From the NCBI RefSeq assembly GCF_031769215.1, contig NW_026782680.1:186001-250000 (forward strand): 64,000 bases of DNA. Reading direction: 5' to 3'. Under the pieces are notes generated by a model that saw only the letters and a list, made by a program, of their open reading frames with translations, was not told the origin of the DNA and did not search any database. Source of the DNA: Ylistrum balloti (Eukaryota). Every line of letters begins with the position of its first letter. Position 1 is the first letter of the stretch. A program made the position numbers and the translations under genes. Of the stretch, positions 51,805 through 64,000 are shown piece by piece.

Positions 51805-54800
51805 ATGGCCCACTCTTGGTTACCGGTGACGGCAAAAAGTCTTCGATGCTGTCGGATCTATTTCAATCGTCGAATTAATGTACTGTCTTCAAACATAACT
51901 CACAGAGTAAGTTCCGTTCTGATCAGCTTAAACCCCAATTCATCTAAAACTGACCATATTCGCAGTTTTCAGTGTTCCGATCTGTTGTTCAGAACTTCGG
52001 AACCTGTATGTGTGGAGAGACCTATACGTAACGTTCGTACTTATGATGCGTGTTTTAGCAGCATGCTAGTGAATATTGACAGTAGTCTTTTGGATTTAGC
52101 AAATATAGTATTCTACAAACATATGATGAACCTTTGTTAAAGATTTACTGTTTTTATCTCTACATATTATTGATAAACATTGTTAAGATCCCAGTCTCAA
52201 ATGTGAATTACAATGTATAGCCAAAATGTTTAGTAGTTCCACCACAAACTGCTTCGCATATATAGTCAGCAAATCGATGGCATAAGCTTAAATAGAAAAA
52301 TAAGTCTGTGGTTTGCCAAGTCACACAACAGGCTAAATAATCCTTACTGTAAGTCACACAGCAGTCTAATCAGTCATTACAGATTGGGGAATTTACAAAA
52401 ATGGACCAAAATGAAGTTGAATTTACTGACAAACCAGTCCTTACTGGCTGTCACATAGAAACGGAAAACCAGACGGGATGTTTGACATACTTTATTTATC
52501 CCATTGAATGTCTGGTTTAGACATTGAACCTTATTCTGTACATCTATACAATTATCAACATGGTGACATTGCATGCAGTTAGGTTATTTTGCTTGAAAGC
52601 ATATATGGATGGTCTTGTGGTTTAACAAAGGACTTCCACACAGATGTTTGATGTTTGTAAACTATACATTCTAATTCTTCTCTTACTCATAGCAATACTC
52701 TACCAAGACAGCAACTGCAGATGTTGACACTGATGACAGTGACTCTGATTTTACAAATGGGAAACCAATCAAGTGGCCTCCACCAGAGAACTCAAAACAA
52801 ACACCATTGAATAATAAGGAACATGAATTTCTCCTTAGACAAGGCAAACAAGGCTTCATCATCTTTGACAAACTTGCATCTTCCCTGATCCATGTTCACA
52901 AAGACAATGCAGAAAAACATGAGGATTTTTTTTTCCCTAAGTCTAGTACTGGTGTTAAGTACACATCCCGAGCTATTGCTGCAGAGTTGATCAGACAGGA
53001 ACGTGTGTCAGTTGACACACTACAAAATGAGCGCCAGCTTAGTAGTCCAGGACTGCTGCGTTTGTCAGTGGACGATTTCAACTGGAGGGAACAGAAGCTG
53101 GACGTATCTAAACTCCCGGACTACTACAAACGACTGTCCAAGATCAGATTAACTGGTAAAGATTTTACACTCTGTCAACATTCATGTATTTTCTAAATTA
53201 CAAGAGGGCAAAGTTTCATTAATATTCTTGTATTTGTGTAATTTACAAGAGGTCAGAATTTTATCAATAATCATGTATTTTGTAAATTACAAGAGGGCAA
53301 AGTTTTATCATTATACATGTATTTTGTAAATTACAAGAGGGCAAAGTTTTATCATTATCCATGTAATTTGTAAATTACAAGAGGCCAAAGTTTTATCAGT
53401 ATCCGTGTATTTTGTAAATTACAAGAGGGCAAAGTTTTATCAGTATCCGTGTATTTTGTAAATTACAAGAGGGCAAAGTTTTATCAGTATCTGTGTATTT
53501 TGTAAATTACAAGAGGGCAAAGTTTTATCAGTATCTGTGTATTTTGTAAATTACAAGAGGGCAAAGTTTTATCAGTATCCGTGTATTTTGTAAATTACAA
53601 GAGGGCAAAGTTTTATCAGTATCCGTGTATTTTGTAAATTACAAGAGGGCAAAGTTTTATCAGTATCCGTGTATTTTGTAAATTACAAGAGGGCAAAGTT
53701 TTATCAATATCCGTGTATTTTGTAAATTACAAGAGGGCAAAGTTTTATCATTATACATGTATTTTGTAAATTACAAGAGGGCAAAGTTTTATCAATATCC
53801 GTGTATTTTGTAAATTACAAGAGGGCAGTTTTATCAATATCCGTGTATTTTGTAAATTACAAGAGGGCAAAGTTTTATCAATATCCGTGTATTTTGTAAA
53901 TTACAAGAGGGCAAAGTTTTATCAGTATCCATGTATTTTGTAAATTACAAGAGGGCAAAGTTTTATCAGTAGCCATGTATTTTGTAAATTACAAGAGGGC
54001 AAAGTTTTATCAGTATAATCAAAACACAAGCTACAGTCAGGGAATAAATGTTATATACCTTTGAGATGTAACTCAACTGAAGTCATTTTATTCTCATCTT
54101 ATTGTTGCTTGTATGTAGAGTTTTATTATCCTGTGTGTAAATGTAACTTGTTTCATTTTCTCAATATCATTACACACCAGTATAATTGTTTCATTTTGAT
54201 TTTTCTCTAGGTTGAAATGGTTTAAAACTAGTGTTGGAAATTATCAAATTTCATGATAAACCACCAGTCTTTCAAATACATTCCCAACATAAATAAAATG
54301 AGTGTCTTTATTTGAAGATATATGATAAAAATTATATGTGAAATTGTGTATTGAATTGCCTTTCTTGTGACTTATAATTTGAAGTTCACTAATCACTTGA
54401 AAGTTTTCATGTTATTGTCAGACCTTGATGGAAGATCATGATTCATGATCAGATTTGTCATAGTCGGGGTAAAACGACCAGAATCAGAAAATGATAATTC
54501 TTACACACATATATATAATTGATTGAAGGTGGATATCTTCATACACCAGTAAACATAATAAAAACCTTAAACGTATGAGTTATGTCTGGTGACAAATTTT
54601 CAGACTGAATACAGGTATGAAAATCAAGATATCACTCTTTTTCATCAAACATTTCAAACATATAGTTTAACATAAGAGTATTTTATCAGTTAAGAATACT
54701 TATATCTGATAATTTTGTACATATTCTGTTATATCTTATTGTTTTATTTTGATAGGTCTGGTTGTGCTTACTACTATGGCAGGTTATGGGATGGGACCTG

Positions 54801-57800
54801 CAGCTTTTGATCCTGTAACATTTGCTCTGGTCTCACTTGGAACAGCTTTGACTTCATGTTCAGCAAATGCAATCAACCAAGTAGGTCATCGATTCAGAAT
54901 TCAAGTGATCATTATTGACTAAGAGTAGCAGATCATCAAGACATTTTCAAATTTCTCACCTTTTGGGAATTAAGTTGTATTTGATGAGATGAAGAAACAG
55001 GGTACTTACTGCTGTATAATATCTGCTCTTAGTCTTTATGCTGAAAACTCTGGGGGAGAAGGAGGGGGTTGTTCACTTCTTTCAAAACTTGAGTGTACCA
55101 TTTTTTATTCAGATAATTCTTTCTTGATTTGTTATAGTTTGGTGAAACTCAACAAATATCACATATATGTATATACAATTTGTATGTGTGTATAAATGTA
55201 TATGTATATACAATTTGTATGTGTGTATAAATGTATATGTATATACAATTTGTATAATTTGTATGTGTGTATCATAAAACAGTTTTGAAAGATGTTAAAG
55301 GAACTTTGTATAACACATCCAGTTAAAAAATTAAAGTTTTAAGCTGTATAGTTCTTTGTTTCACTTTTTCTGACTGTAGTCCCTAGGAGTTATGTCCCTT
55401 TTACAAATCCTGACTGTCTAACTGAATTTATCATTATTTAACATGATGAATTCTAACTTGTCAAAAGTTAATTACTTACTACTTTTAGAGAAGGAAGGTA
55501 TGATACAGTCTCAGATTGAGATTCCCTAGGATTGTTTACAGTGATCAGGATGGTCATTGTGTACTCATGTTTATTCAATTCCTGAAGTGACAATGTTTGA
55601 TGAGGACAATATCTTTAAGTGACAATGTTTAGTGAAGGGAGTTTCTTTCTTACATTTTCAAGTACAGATATGATGTTTATTCAGTTATAAGTATCCTGTT
55701 TACTGATTGGTTCTGCAATGTCAGTACAGGTAAATTTAAAACAAAAGTAACTGCCATTATTTCTAGGTTAGACGGATACAGTACTGAGTGATATCACTGT
55801 ACAATATTACAGACATTTTCCTTGAAATACTTTTATATTTATGAATGTTTTTGTAATTTTTCAGTTTTTAGAAGTTCCTTTTGATTCTCAAATGAACAGG
55901 ACAAAGAATCGAGTTCTTGTACAGGGTTACTTAAGGTATGTTGAAAATACAGTGAATTGACCAACTTCAATCTAGGCAAAAACACAGTTCAATTGAAAAA
56001 AAACAAGATGTGGGACATTAAAACTTTACAGGTCTTAGGCAAGCTTGAATAAAAGTGTGTGAAGTAAATCTTCAATAATTTGTGATTATCATCATTGACA
56101 AAATGACAGCCTCTTATTCAAATGTTCAGGATTAGAATTTAGGAGGGGCGTTAGCCTCTGTATGACAATTCTATTGGGCCAGCAAGATCTGCAATTTTTG
56201 CATTAGACTGTCTGTTTATCTTTATATAGCTCTTTGAAAGGAGATATGTTTCACACTGTTTTCATATCAGGCAGACATTCTGACTTAAGGCTTCATATCG
56301 CTACGTAGATGAGTCCAGTCGTGGACCTGATAAGATATCATGTAATAAATACTAAATTATGCTCTCCTGAATAAGCAGCCCATGTAGGATTACTCGTTTA
56401 TAAAGACTCATTAGATTTGATTTATAAATATGATAACATATACTATGGATTCTTTTTAAACAGCCCTCTGCATGCAGTAACATTTGCTGGTGTGTCTGGC
56501 AGCTTAGGATTGGTGATTCTCACTCTGGGAACAAATCCCATAACTACTGCCCTTGGTGCCTTCAACCTTGGTCTGTACACCATGGTCTACACACCCATGA
56601 AAAGGACTAGCACTGCCAATACCTGGGTAGGATCTGTGGTGGGGGCTATCCCCCCTATGATGGGCTGGGCAGCTTGTACTGGAGGGCTAGAACCAGGTGC
56701 GTAACACTGTAAATAGGGGAAACTAGAACTAGGCATGGACACTGTCTAGGGGAGGCTAGAACTAGGCATGGAAACTGTCTAGGGCGACTAGAACTAGGCA
56801 TGGACACTGTCTAGGGGAGGCTAGAACTAGGCATGGACACTGTCTAGGGGAGACTAGAACTAGGCATGGACACTGTCTAGGGGAGACTAGAACTAGGCAT
56901 GGACACTGTCTAGGGGAGACTAGAACTAGGCATGGACACTGTCTATGGGAGACTAGAACTAGGAATGGACACTGTCTAGAGGCGACTAGAACTAGGCATG
57001 GACACTGTCTAGGGGAGGCTAGAACTAGGCATGGACACTGTCTAGGGGAGACTAGAACTAGGCATGGACACTGTCTAGGGGAAACTAGAACTAGGCATGG
57101 ACACTGTCTAGGGGAGACTAGAACTAGGAATGGACACTGTCTAGGGGAGACTAGAACTAGGAATGGACACTGTCTAGAGGCGACTAGAACTAGGCATGGA
57201 CACTGTCTAGGGGAGACTAGAACTAGGCATGGTCACTGACTAGGGAAGACTAGAACTAGGCATGGACACTGTCTAGGGGAAACTAGAACTAGGCATGGTC
57301 ACTGACTAAGGAAGACTAGAACTAGGCATGGACACTGTTTAGGGGAGACTCAAACCAGGTATATATGTAGCAGAGGACTGGAAGATGTGCTGTATGTGAC
57401 ACTTTATGTAGGGAGGATTAAAATAGAGCATGATAGAGGTATAAAGCATGAGACAGGAATATAAAGTATCCATTGAGAGGGGTTTCCATGCTGCAATACA
57501 TAGAGAATCCTACACTGAAAGACCAAACCGAGCATTGTGTTGTCATTTTTTTATAATGAAGCAGAACCTGTTGTATGCATTTGTCATAATGTTTCTAACC
57601 TTTTCCAAACTTTTCTGAGGTTATTTAAAAAATCACCATGTCTACATCTGCTAAGATTTTGAATAAATTACAGGTGCATGGCTACTGGGAGCTATCCTGT
57701 TTGCATGGCAGTTCCCCCATTTTAATGCTCTGAGTTGGAACCTGAGGCCAGACTATTCTCGTGGTGGTTACAGAATGATGTCCGTGATAAATCCTGGTTT

Positions 57801-58254
57801 GTGTAAACGTGTTGCTCTACGTTATTCTGTGGCTATGATAGGGCTGTGTATCCTGGCACCTATCATGGGCATTACCTCCTGGACATTTGCTGTTGATTCA
57901 CTGCCATTTAACCTGTACATGACATACCTCGCCCTCCGTTTCTACCAGAAAGGAGACAGCAAGTCGTCACGTTCTCTCTTCAGGTTCACACTGCTCCACA
58001 TCCCTGCAGTTCTGGTTCTGATGCTGCTCAGCAAGATCACGATGGATAAGATAAGTGAGGAAGGAGAATTAGTAGGAGCTGCTGTCACAGACACTGGTGC
58101 AGTTACCACTAATAACCTAACGCCTCCTGAAATGGCAGCCTCTGTTATTACAGACACTGATAACACAAATAAAACTGGATCCATTGAGACACCAGAAAGT
58201 ATTTCTGTTTCAGAACCCACAGCTAAAGTAGTAGATCGAACAGCATGTGTTTAA
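51805..58254 (+). CDS. COX10: Protoheme IX farnesyltransferase (heme O synthase), mitochondrial, 524 aa, 6 exons
   Basis: Exons 51805-51906, 52693-53155, 54756-54880, 55865-55935, 56464-56696, 57674-58254, phase-consistent. Arg-rich, acid-free presequence [23 protein letters not shown]; motifs [90 protein letters not shown]. Confidence 0.95.
53185..54005. repeat. 44-bp minisatellite (~18 copies) starting ~30 nt into COX10 intron 2
   Basis: Unit gtaaattacaagagggcaaagttttatcagtatccgtgtatttt. Confidence 0.95.
56680..57360 (+). repeat. 33-bp minisatellite (~20 copies) seeded on the COX10 exon 5/intron 5 junction
   Basis: Unit ctagaactaggcatggacactgtctaggggaga; the first copy is the real junction gggCTAGAACCAG|GTGCGTAACACTG. 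Confidence 0.92.
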
Positions 58255-59134
58255 TTTAGATGTTAAATTATTGTGGTCATCATAATACCCAGGTTGTAGT
58301 ACCAGTATTGGTCTGAAGTGAAATGAGAACAGTGTAAAAACATTTTCTGGTCACTAGTGCAATACACAATGTGACAGAGGTTATAGTACCTGGTGTCAAT
58401 GTAACACAAATGGTATCCTGTTTGAGACAGATTACAATAACAGATGCCATGTTGTGATGTTCACTGTTCTAATTGCTCGAAGGAAAATTGCTTGTAGTGT
58501 AAAGAGTTGTAGTTAACATGAACAGATTTGTTCTCAGGTTAAAACTGTGACTTACAGCAGTTGTCAAGTTAGTATTCTGTGATAGTCAGCAGATTGCTTA
58601 TAAGTATCAGATTTTTAAGAAGGCTGTTTTGTCTCTGCTGAAAATTCGGCCTTATATCTCCTAACATGATAAAAATGATGTAAGGAAAAGATCACATTCC
58701 TTATAGTAAGTGGAATGATTGTGATATAATTTTATACTAAATTGTGTGACAAGAATGCAAGAGCTGTTATATATCAATTTCTTTGCATAAAGTTTGTGTT
58801 TGATAACAATGCTTTTGAATATCTGTATGTTGGTTGAATGAGATCCAAATGACTGTTTAAAATGAAGTCAATATTATTTGAATGAGAGGTTTACATGGTA
58901 ATGACATATTAGATATGAATACATGAAAGAGTTTACATAGATTCTGCTTCTAAATCAAGGAATAAGATACCTCAAATTTACATTAGTTTTAATCAAATAT
59001 ACTTAGTCAAGATTGATTAAAGTGTCATGATTATAGTTGATGAGGAGAAGACCATGATGATTTAAGTTCTTTGTACCATAAAAATATTATTTGTTTTTCT
59101 TTTTTCCTCACTAGTACCAATATTACAATACCAT

Positions 59135-60068
59135 AAGGAAAGTGCATTACTGACAGTGCTGTACAGAAACCTGACTCCAGCTGTCTTGATGAAAGTGCAC
59201 TACTGACAGTGCTGTACAGAAACCTGACTCCAGCTGTCTTGATGAAAGTGCACTACCTACAGTGCTGTACAGAAACCTGACTCCAGCTGTCTTGATGAAA
59301 GTGCACTACTGACAGTGCTGTACAGAAACCTGACTCCAGCTGTCTTGATGAAAGTGCACTACCTACAGTGCTGTACAGAGACCTGACTCCAGCTGTCTTG
59401 ATGAAAGTGCACTACCTACAGTGCTGTACAGAAACCCGACTCCAGCTGTCTTGATGAAAGTGCACTACCTACAGTGCTGTACAGAAACCTGACTCCAGCT
59501 GTCTTGATGAAAGTGCACTACCTACAGTGCTGTACAGAAATCTTACTCAATCTGTCTTGATGAAAGTGCACTACTGACAGTGCTGTACAGAAATCTGACT
59601 CCAGCTGTCTTGATGAAAGTGCACTACCTACAGTGCTGTACAGAAATCTTACTCAATCTGTCTCCAGCTGTCTTGATGAAAGTGCACTACTGACAGTGCT
59701 GTACAGAAATCTGACTCCATCTGTCTTGATGAAAGTGCACTACCTACAGTGCTGTACAGAAATCTTACTCAATCTGTCTTGATGAAAGTGCACTACCTAC
59801 AGTGCTGTACAGAAATCTTACTCAATCTGTCTTGATGAAAGTGCACTACCTACAGTGCTGTACAGAAATCTTACTAAATCTGTCTTGATGAAAGTGCACT
59901 ACCTACAGTGCTGTACAGAAATCTTACTCAATCTGTCTTGATGAAAGTGCACTACCTACAGTGCTGTACAGAAATCTGACTCCATCTGTCTTGATGAAAG
60001 TGCACTACCTACAGTGCTGTACAGAAATCTTACTCAATCTGTCTTGATGAAAGTGCACTACCTACAGT
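59135..60068. repeat. 53-bp minisatellite (~17 copies) downstream of the COX10 stop codon
   Basis: Unit gaaagtgcactacctacagtgctgtacagaaacctgactccagctgtcttgat. Confidence 0.95.
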
Positions 60069-62104
60069 GTCTCACAACTGCTTGATAGTCAGTTTAACAT
60101 ATATGACATGTATACCTTCTTTTTCAGGCCACAACTGCACTTATCTGTCATTGATGTGAGATAAAATCGTGTTAATCTTAAAAAATGATTCAGAATTCAG
60201 TAGATGGTGTTTTATGATTGTGTAATACATATCGCTATTTCTGACAAATTTAACAAAACTTAATAAAACTTGATATTTTAAGAAAATGATTTTGCTGTAT
60301 TTAGTATTTCACTCTTTATTTACATATTTTACTCGCCAAAAGTCCGATTAGGATTCTGATGATCTTTCAATAACATATCTATTATCATCATCCTTTACTT
60401 ATATTTAGTGTTCGATGTTACAAGGAATGGTCTCTTGTCCAGTAAGTGTTATAGGAATCTATTTATCCAGCTGTCACCCCATGCCTGGTAATAAGCCCAC
60501 CCATATGTACTGCTGTTCAGTAAAATGATATACCAAATGTTACTTAGGATAAATATGGTACGTTGTATAACAAAAAGTTAAAGAACAATGAAGTATTCAA
60601 GCATTTTATCCGGAATAAATCCCAGCAGGACTTTACATAAAAAGATTGTTAGATACAGGGCCATGTCATTTAAAGGATTTACACTGGTGGGTGGAGGCAC
60701 AACGTCCCAAAATCCATGATATTCAGTCAATTTTTCCGGGAACTACTGATACAAAAATTATACTGGGTCCTCACTAAAAAAGGGTAGAATGTAGGTCGAG
60801 AGTGAAGACGACACGAATCATGAATTGGGAATGAGCTGTTCATGTTGTCCATTAATGATGTGTTTAAATTCATTTCTTACAAATTTTTTTAATCATTCTA
60901 TTTCGTACACAATTTAATTCACTACTGATCAATGTAAATGTGTTTTGAAGAAGGAAAATGGAAATGTTTACTTAACTTGTGTTGGTGTTTTAATTTTCTG
61001 AAGGTATAAAGAAAGCTGACAGAGGCATCTGTCTTTTAAAATACTAAGATTTAGAGAAAATGTTAGAAAGCATCACAAATTTATGTGGTTTTACATCCAA
61101 CAGCTTATATTGTTCTACAAAGAAGTTGGAGTTCATAATCACATTTGCCCTCTACATTTCCTATATTTACAAACGACAGTTTGTCGTTGAACTTTTCAGA
61201 AGAAATTCAATGATAATCTGGCTAATTTGTGCTAACATCAGAATGTTCTGTTAGTTGAGATGATCATGGAATTAAAATGTCAGAATAATTAACACCAGCA
61301 TCACTGTGGTAGCTTCCTTCAATAGATTTATCATTATATGTCCCTGATTTAATCATCTGAGAATGACACAGCCATTTTAGGTATTAAGCCTTAATTTGAT
61401 GCAGTGGTACACACATGCAATATGTATGTGTAGTTTTGGAAAATTCTATTTTGACTCTGGACTTAATAATGCAAACTTAGATTTGGAATGAAGTTTCTAG
61501 TGTTAGAGTGAATCTGGTGCAGACAATAACGTTTTCTCTTTCAATGAGAATGTCAGGAGTTATGTCCCCTCTGATGAAATTGCTCCACATTCCTGGATGA
61601 ACTCTAATTCAATAGTGAAATGACAGGCAAATTAAAATAAACCCAGGGTTATATTTTTTTTTATCAATTTTAATCAACAATACTATATCAAAAAAGAAAC
61701 AAAGCATATGATTTGCAAAAGCAGCATGCTTAAAATACTTAAATATATATATCCTATTTATTATAAATATTGGACATTTAGTTTATCAGTTGCATTGTAT
61801 GTACATAAGCAGAAGCCAAGTGTCATAATGCTTCATATATGTAAATGGTTAATTTATTTGGCAGTGATTTCAAACAAGTGAAGAAAAAGTAATTATTCGA
61901 TTGAGATTAAATATAACAATATAAATTACCCTGGTCTAATGAGAAATATCAATTACTCCTGGCCTGTCATGGTCTGTCAAATCCTGTAACATCCTTTAAC
62001 ATTACCCTAACCATTCATATTACATAATATCAACAAAAATTATGCTTATCTTTCATCAATGTCCAATAAATCCTCTTATACTCATTAAATTGCTGACCTG
62101 TCAA

Positions 62105-62390
62105 GTCTGTAATATTTAATAAATAACCCTGGCTTGTACAGTCCTGTAATATTTAATAAATAACCCTGGCTTGTACAGTCCTGTAATATTTAATAAATAA
62201 CCCTGGCTTGTACAGTCCTGTAATATTTAATAAATAACCCTGGCTTGTACAGTCCTGTAATATTTAATAAATAACCCTGGCTTGTACAGTCCTGTAATTT
62301 TCAATAAATACCCCTGGCTTGAATAAATAACCCTGTCTTGTACAGTTCTGTAATTTTCAATAAATAACCCTGGCTTCTCGGGTCCTGTAA
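62105..62390. repeat. 37-bp minisatellite (~7 copies)
   Basis: Unit cctgtaatatttaataaataaccctggcttgtacagt. Confidence 0.92.
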
Positions 62391-62914
62391 TATCCATTAA
62401 AATATATATTAATTGAATATAGCCTGTCAACTTCTGTAATATCTAATGAATATCCTTAAATGTCAAGCCCTGATTTGGAATTCAAACATAATTATCACAG
62501 CTTTTTGAACCCCTGTAATATCAACAGTATTACCTTGGCCTGCTATGGTCTTCCAAGTCCTGTTATATCCATTTATATTTACCTTTGATGTCCTATAATA
62601 ACTATGAAACTACTGAGGCCTGTCAAACCCTGGGATATCTATCAATTTACCTTAGCCTGTCAAGCTCAATAACATTTATTTGTTTAGCCCTGATATTATG
62701 TTCTACACTATCCATTTATCACTATCTGTCCGTGATGCCCATTTAGTAAATACATCATTATACAAATATCTAGTATTATCATAATATTCAACTTGTACAA
62801 TTATAAAATAAATATATTTTCAAATAAAACAATATAATATCAACGATTCAAAAATAAAGATAAATCTACACAAGTACAACATACAGTACAAGACACTGAC
62901 TAGAAACACCATAC

Positions 62915-63860
62915 AGTATCATCTGGGGCTGGTCACGCTTGACTTAGAACACCAGACAATATCGTCTGGGGCTGGTCACGCTTGACTTAGAACACCAGAC
63001 AATATCATCTGGGGCTGGTCACGCTTGACTTAGAACACCAGGTAGGTTCATCTGGGGCTGGTCATGCTTGACTAGGAATACCAGGTAGGTTCATCATGGG
63101 CTGGTCATGTCTGACTAGGAACTCCATACAGTATCATCTGGGGCTGGTCATGCTGGACTCAGAACACCAGACAATATCATCTGGGGCTGGTCATGCTGGA
63201 CTCAGAACACCAGACAATATCATCTGGGGCTGGTCATGCTTGACTTAGAACACCAGACAATGTCATCTGGGACTGGTCATGTCTGACTAGGAACTCCATA
63301 CAGTATCATCTGGGGCTGGTCATGCTTGACTTAGAACACCAGACAATATCATCTGGGGCTGGTCATGCTTGACTTAGAACACCAGACAATGTCATCTGGA
63401 ACTGGTCATGTCTGACTAGGAACTCCATACAGTACCATCTGTGGCCTGGTCATGCTTGACTTAGAACACCAGACAATGTCATCTGGGGCTGGTCATGTCT
63501 GACTAGGAACTCCATACAGTACCATCTGTAGCCTGGTCAAGCTCGACTAGGAACACCAGGTGGTATTTTCTGGGGTCTGGTCATGCTTGACTAGGAACAC
63601 TAGGCAGTATCATCTGGGGCCAGTCACGCCTGACTTAGAACACAAGACAGTATCAGCTGGAGCTGAAGACCAGGTAGGATCATCTGGGGCCTGGTCATGC
63701 TTGACTAGGAACACCAGATAGTGTCGTCTGGGGCCTGGTCACACCTGGCTAGAAACACCTGACAGTAGTATCTGGGGCTGGTCACACCTGACTAGGGACA
63801 CCAGACTAGCATCTGGAGTCTGATCATGTCTGACTAGGAACACCAGACTCTATTATCTGG
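62915..63860. repeat. 43-44-bp minisatellite (~21 copies, degenerate toward the right)
   Basis: Unit catctggggctggtcatgcttgacttagaacaccagacaatat. Confidence 0.92.
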
Positions 63861-63906
63861 GGCCTTTTCTGATATGCCCAGGACTAATGTCCCTGCCTTG
63901 TCCTCA

Positions 63907-63999
63907 TTAGCCAGATACTGGTATCCACCTTGCTGACAAGGAGCTTTCCTCAGTGTAATTTACTTCTAGGTCACTGGTGAACTCTGGTTCTTCTTTGTC
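63907..63999 (-). CDS. Possible 3' end of an unidentified gene entering from the right edge
   Basis: Open frame DKEEPEFTSDLEVNYTEESSLSARWIPVSG-TAA with coding-like composition; no family recognised. Confidence 0.3.
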   Translation of the reverse strand, partial: DKEEPEFTSDLEVNYTEESSLSARWIPVSG

Positions 64000-64000
64000 C

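Noticed and set aside
225-63860. Regular repeats that could be mistaken for CRISPR arrays
   Set aside because: Units are contiguous with no unique spacers, there are no cas genes, and the context is eukaryotic and intronic.

Overview
This is AT-rich, intron-containing animal DNA; a bivalve-like mollusc is my inference from repeat style, not proven. By hand splicing I reconstruct five complete protein-coding genes: a TK2/dNK-family deoxynucleoside kinase (+, 16.2-22.6 kb), FAM227 (-, 26.4-38.0 kb), selenoprotein MsrB1 (+, 38.5-40.4 kb, in-frame TGA = Sec, SECIS candidate), RPP21 (-, 45.7-51.5 kb) and COX10 (+, 51.8-58.3 kb). There is also the first coding exon of a G-protein alpha subunit (Gv-like, -, 7.2 kb) and a possible last-exon fragment at the right edge. 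About 19 locus-specific minisatellite arrays (roughly 15 kb, about a quarter of the window), decayed LINEs, TIR elements and one 129-N assembly gap fill the rest. Most notable: (1) three arrays amplify real splice junctions, including about 33 copies of the RPP21 exon-3 end plus donor that could supply in-frame 12-nt micro-exons; (2) FAM227 has two U12-type introns, one AT-AC; (3) the kinase naturally carries purine-type pocket residues; (4) the Sec/SECIS system of MsrB1. All gene models and alignments were made by eye and from memory of family motifs; no database search was run, and array boundaries and copy numbers are approximate.
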